Shown: positions 60,855-64,000 of the stretch, piece after piece
Position numbering within the stretch: position 1 is the first letter of the stretch
Layout of the letters: each line of letters begins with the position of its first letter
Made by a program: the position numbers and the translations under genes
The notes under the pieces: generated by a model
Database searches by the model: none
What the model saw: the letters and a program-made list of their open reading frames with translations, nothing else
Told to the model about the DNA's origin: nothing
NCBI GenBank assembly: GCA_014905635.1
Contig: JABVCE010000031.1
Coordinates: forward strand, 62,001-126,000
Source: Scenedesmus sp. PABB004
Taxonomy: Eukaryota
Direction of reading: 5' to 3'
Length of the DNA stretch: 64,000 nt

Positions 60855-63800
60855 ATGGGGAGCGCCCAGGCGCCGCTGGGCGGGCTGGCGCACCACCGCC
60901 AGCCCGCGCCGGCGCTGCGCGCGGCGGCGCCCGCAAACGTGCACGCCCGCCCCCTCCTGGGCGCCCTGGGCGGCGCCGTGGCCGGGGCCGGCCTGGCGTC
61001 GGGCCTGGAGGAGCTCAAACGCACCGCGGGTGCGCCGCGCGGGGCAGCCGCGCGGGCAGGCGCCCCCGCCGCGCGCCGCTGCTGCTGACGCCGCCCCGCC
61101 TCCCGCGCCGCGCCGCGCAGACACCTGGATGCAGGACCAGCAGAACAGCAAGCAGCGCGTCGAGTTCATGGCGCGCCGCGCGCCGCCGCGCCGCCACGCC
61201 GCAACGCCGCTGCTGCTGCGCGCGCAAGCTTACGCTGCACCGCGCCGCCGACTGACCCCGCGCCGCTGGCCCGCCGCGCAGAGCGCCAGGATCCAGGAGC
61301 TCGAGGCCGCCCGTGCGGCGCTGCTGGGGGACAACCAGGCGCTGCAGGAGGCCGTGCGCCTGCGCGACGCGCGCATACGAGAGGGTGCGCCGCCGCGCTG
61401 GGCGGGCGCGCCGCCGGCACCGCCGCCGCGCGCGCCCCGCGCCGCCGCGCGCGCCCGGCGCGCCGCGGTGCGACCCCCGCCGGCCGCTCCCGCTCCGTGC
61501 TCGCCGCGCAGACGACAAGGCGGTCGCGGCGCTGATGGACAAGCTGGCGCGCGTGGACGAGCAGCACCGCCTGCTCAGCCACAACGCCGAGCGCGCCATG
61601 CTCGAGGCCATGCGGCGTGAGCGGGGCGCGCGCGCGTGCGCGCGCGCTCGGGACACAACGAGGGTGCCGCCGCCGCTGCCGCCGCCGCCGCCGCCGTCAC
61701 GTGCGCGCGGCGCCGTCCTGCAAGGGCCCGCGCCCGCACCGCCCACCGCCGCCGCCGCCGCCGCCGCTGCGCGCGCAGTCGAGGGCTGCAGGCAGGGCAT
61801 GCAGGACGCGCTGGACGCCCAGGGGCTCATGTGCACGGTGAGGGCCAGCGCTCGCGCGCGCGCCGCCCGCACGCCGGGCCGGGGCTGCTTGCAGGAACGG
61901 CGCCGCGCGACCACGCCGCCGCCGCGCGAGCGCGCCGTCGCCGCCCCGGGTGCGAGCACCCGCTTGCAGGACGTCGAGACCAAGTTCAGCGCCCTGCAGG
62001 GCGCGCTCGCGGTTGCGCGGAGGGACCTGGACGCCGGTGCGCCGCCGCGCTCGCGCCCACGCTCCCGCGATCGCGCGCGCCGCGGGGGCCAGGGGGCGCG
62101 CGTGGACGCGGCGCGCGCCCTGCAAGCCCCCTCCCCCCAAACCGATCGAGCTGCGTGCGCCGCCGCCGCCCTGCAGGTGCCGCGCGCACCGCGCGCCTGG
62201 AGCTGGAGCTGGACAACGCGAGCGGCCGCGCGGCGGCCAAGGAGCGGGAGCTGGCCGAGGCGCTGTGCCTGAGCGTGAGCGCGCGCGCCGGCGCCCGGCT
62301 CGGGCCCGGCCGCGCCGCGCCGCGCCGCGCCGCGCCGCGCCGCGCCGCGCCGCGCCGCCCACTACGTGCACCCCCCCCCCCACACACACACACCCACAAA
62401 CACACGCACGCGCAGGCGCTGCTGAAGAGCAGCAGCGAGGGCACCATCGCCGCCCTGTCGGCGCAGCTCGCCACCGCGACCGCGGCGCGCGACGCCGCGG
62501 ACAAGGCGCTGGCCGAGCAGGCGGCCGCGCACGAGGCGCAGCTCAGCGCGGCGCGCGACGCGCACGCTGCCGCGCTCGACGACCAGCGGCTGCAGATCGG
62601 CGCCGCGCGCGGCCAGCTGCGGGACGCGGCCGCCCGCGAGGAGGCGCTGAGCGCTGAGCTGGGCGACGCGCGCGCGGCGGCCGCGCGCGGCGCGGCCGCC
62701 ATTGCCAGCCTGGAGGCGCAGGTCGCAGGTGCGCGGGAGGGGGCTGTGAGCCCTGTGCCCTGTGCCCTGCGAGCGCGCCGCGCGCGCCTCCCACACGCCG
62801 CTTGTCGTGCGCGTGCCTCCCGCGCCGCAGGCCTCACCGCCGCGCGCGACGTGGCCGCCGCCGCGCTGGCCACCAGCGAGGCGCGCGTGGCTGAGGCAGC
62901 CGCGTCGCTCGACGCCGCGGCCGCGCGCGCGGCCGGCCTGGAGGAGCTGCTCGCGGCGGCCAAGCAGGGCTGGGAGGCGGCCGAGGCCGCCGCGGCCGAG
63001 GCCAAGGCCGCGCAGCAGGCGGCCGAAGCGTGCGACGTGGGTGCCGCTGCCGCCGCGCTGCCGGCCGGCGCGGCTGTTGTCTGAGCCGCCGGCGCCGCCG
63101 CGCTGCTGCCGCCGCGTGCAGGGCAAGGCGGGCGAGGAGGCGGCCGCCCTGCGGGGGCAGCTGTGCACGCTGACGGACGCGCACGCGCGGCTGGCGGACG
63201 AGCTGCAGGCCAAGGAGGTGCGGCGGGCCCCCTGGCGCGCAGCTAGCTGCGCGGCCGCGCGCTGCGCTGGGTGCCGCGCCGGCGGCAGCTCGGACGACGC
63301 GCGCGCGGCCGCGCGCGCCGCGCCGCGCCCCGCAGGCGGCGCTCGCGGCCGCGCAGGACAGCGCCGGCGCGCAGGCGTCCGCGCAGGCCGAGGCGGCGGC
63401 GCTGCGGGGAGAGCTGGCCAGGGAGCGGGCCATGAACCGCAAGGCCACCGAGAGCGCCGCCAAGGTGCGTGCGTGCGCGCGCGCTCGCGCTCGCGTGGCG
63501 GTGGGCGCGGCGGCGGGCCCGGCGCTGAGCCCCGCCGACCGTGCCGCCGCCGCGGCGCGCAGCGCATGGATGAGATGATGGCGCAGGCGCGCAGGGCCCA
63601 GGCGGTGCGTGCGCGTTTGTGTGTTGTTTATGGGGGCTGAGCGCGCGCTGGTGCTGGGCCGCTGTGCCGCGGCGTGCTGGCGGCCGCGGCGCAGCGCGGC
63701 GCCGGCGCGGCGCGGGGGCTGCCTCCAGGTGCGCCGACCCGCCGGCTGCGCCGCCCGCAGCTGGAGAAGGAGCTCGCGGCCGCCCAGGAGCGGCTCGCGG

Positions 63801-64000
63801 CCGCCGAGCAGGCGGCGGCCGGCTGCGCCGCTGCGGCGGGCGCGGAGGGCGCCGAGGCGGCCGCGCTGCTGGCGGGCGTGGTGGCGGAGCTGGAGAGCGC
63901 GCACGCGGCGCGGCAGCAGGACAGCGCGGCGCTCTGCAGGTGCGAGCGGCGGCGCCGCGGGCGCGCAGGGGACGCTGGCGCCCCGCCGGCACGGGCCGCG
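60855..64000 (+). CDS. Long coiled-coil protein with ZYP1-like N-terminus (synaptonemal complex transverse filament); 3' end outside the window
   Basis: GLEELKRTA|DTWMQDQQNSKQRVEFM|SARIQELE..ARIRE|DDKAVAALMDKL, followed by many Ala/Glu-rich coiled-coil exons. Confidence 0.6.

Overview
Very GC-rich (roughly 75-80% by eye), intron-dense eukaryotic nuclear DNA. It looks like a chlorophyte green alga (Sphaeropleales-like, inferred from GTGCG donors, C-rich acceptors, TGTAA poly(A) signals and TTTAGGG-type motifs). The six-frame ORF track is mostly GC-driven noise, so I built the gene models by splicing exons by hand. About 21 genes are supported: U2AF65-like 2-RRM protein, SRPK-like kinase, mTERF-like protein, HIR/SPFH protein, MORN protein, presenilin, sulfiredoxin, Tim21-like protein, WW protein, HGPRT, NSI/SNAT-like GNAT, PRP16/MUT6 DEAH helicase, small 2-TM protein, Orn/Lys/Arg decarboxylase, BI-1/lifeguard protein, SprT-like protease, EMSY-like protein, DapF, a 4HB-WD40-TKL kinase, Nnf1-like protein and a ZYP1-like coiled-coil protein (runs off the window). 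Main highlights: (1) about 13 long RNA hairpins sit in 7 introns of PRP16/MUT6. They are biased to the sense strand by G-U pairs, and include tandem units with identical 22-27 nt 3' arms and a duplicated module with compensatory changes, so they are a candidate intronic miRNA cluster or structured autoregulatory system. (2) About 22 GC-AG introns, roughly 1 in 6. (3) A ZYP1-like meiotic transverse-filament gene head-to-head with a kinetochore gene. (4) An MLKL-like four-helix bundle fused to WD40 repeats and an intact kinase. (5) A U2AF65 paralog reduced to RRM1-2, alongside introns with complementary ends. Several single-base deletions in G/C runs are most likely assembly errors. All family assignments come from motif recognition and memory; no database searches were run.
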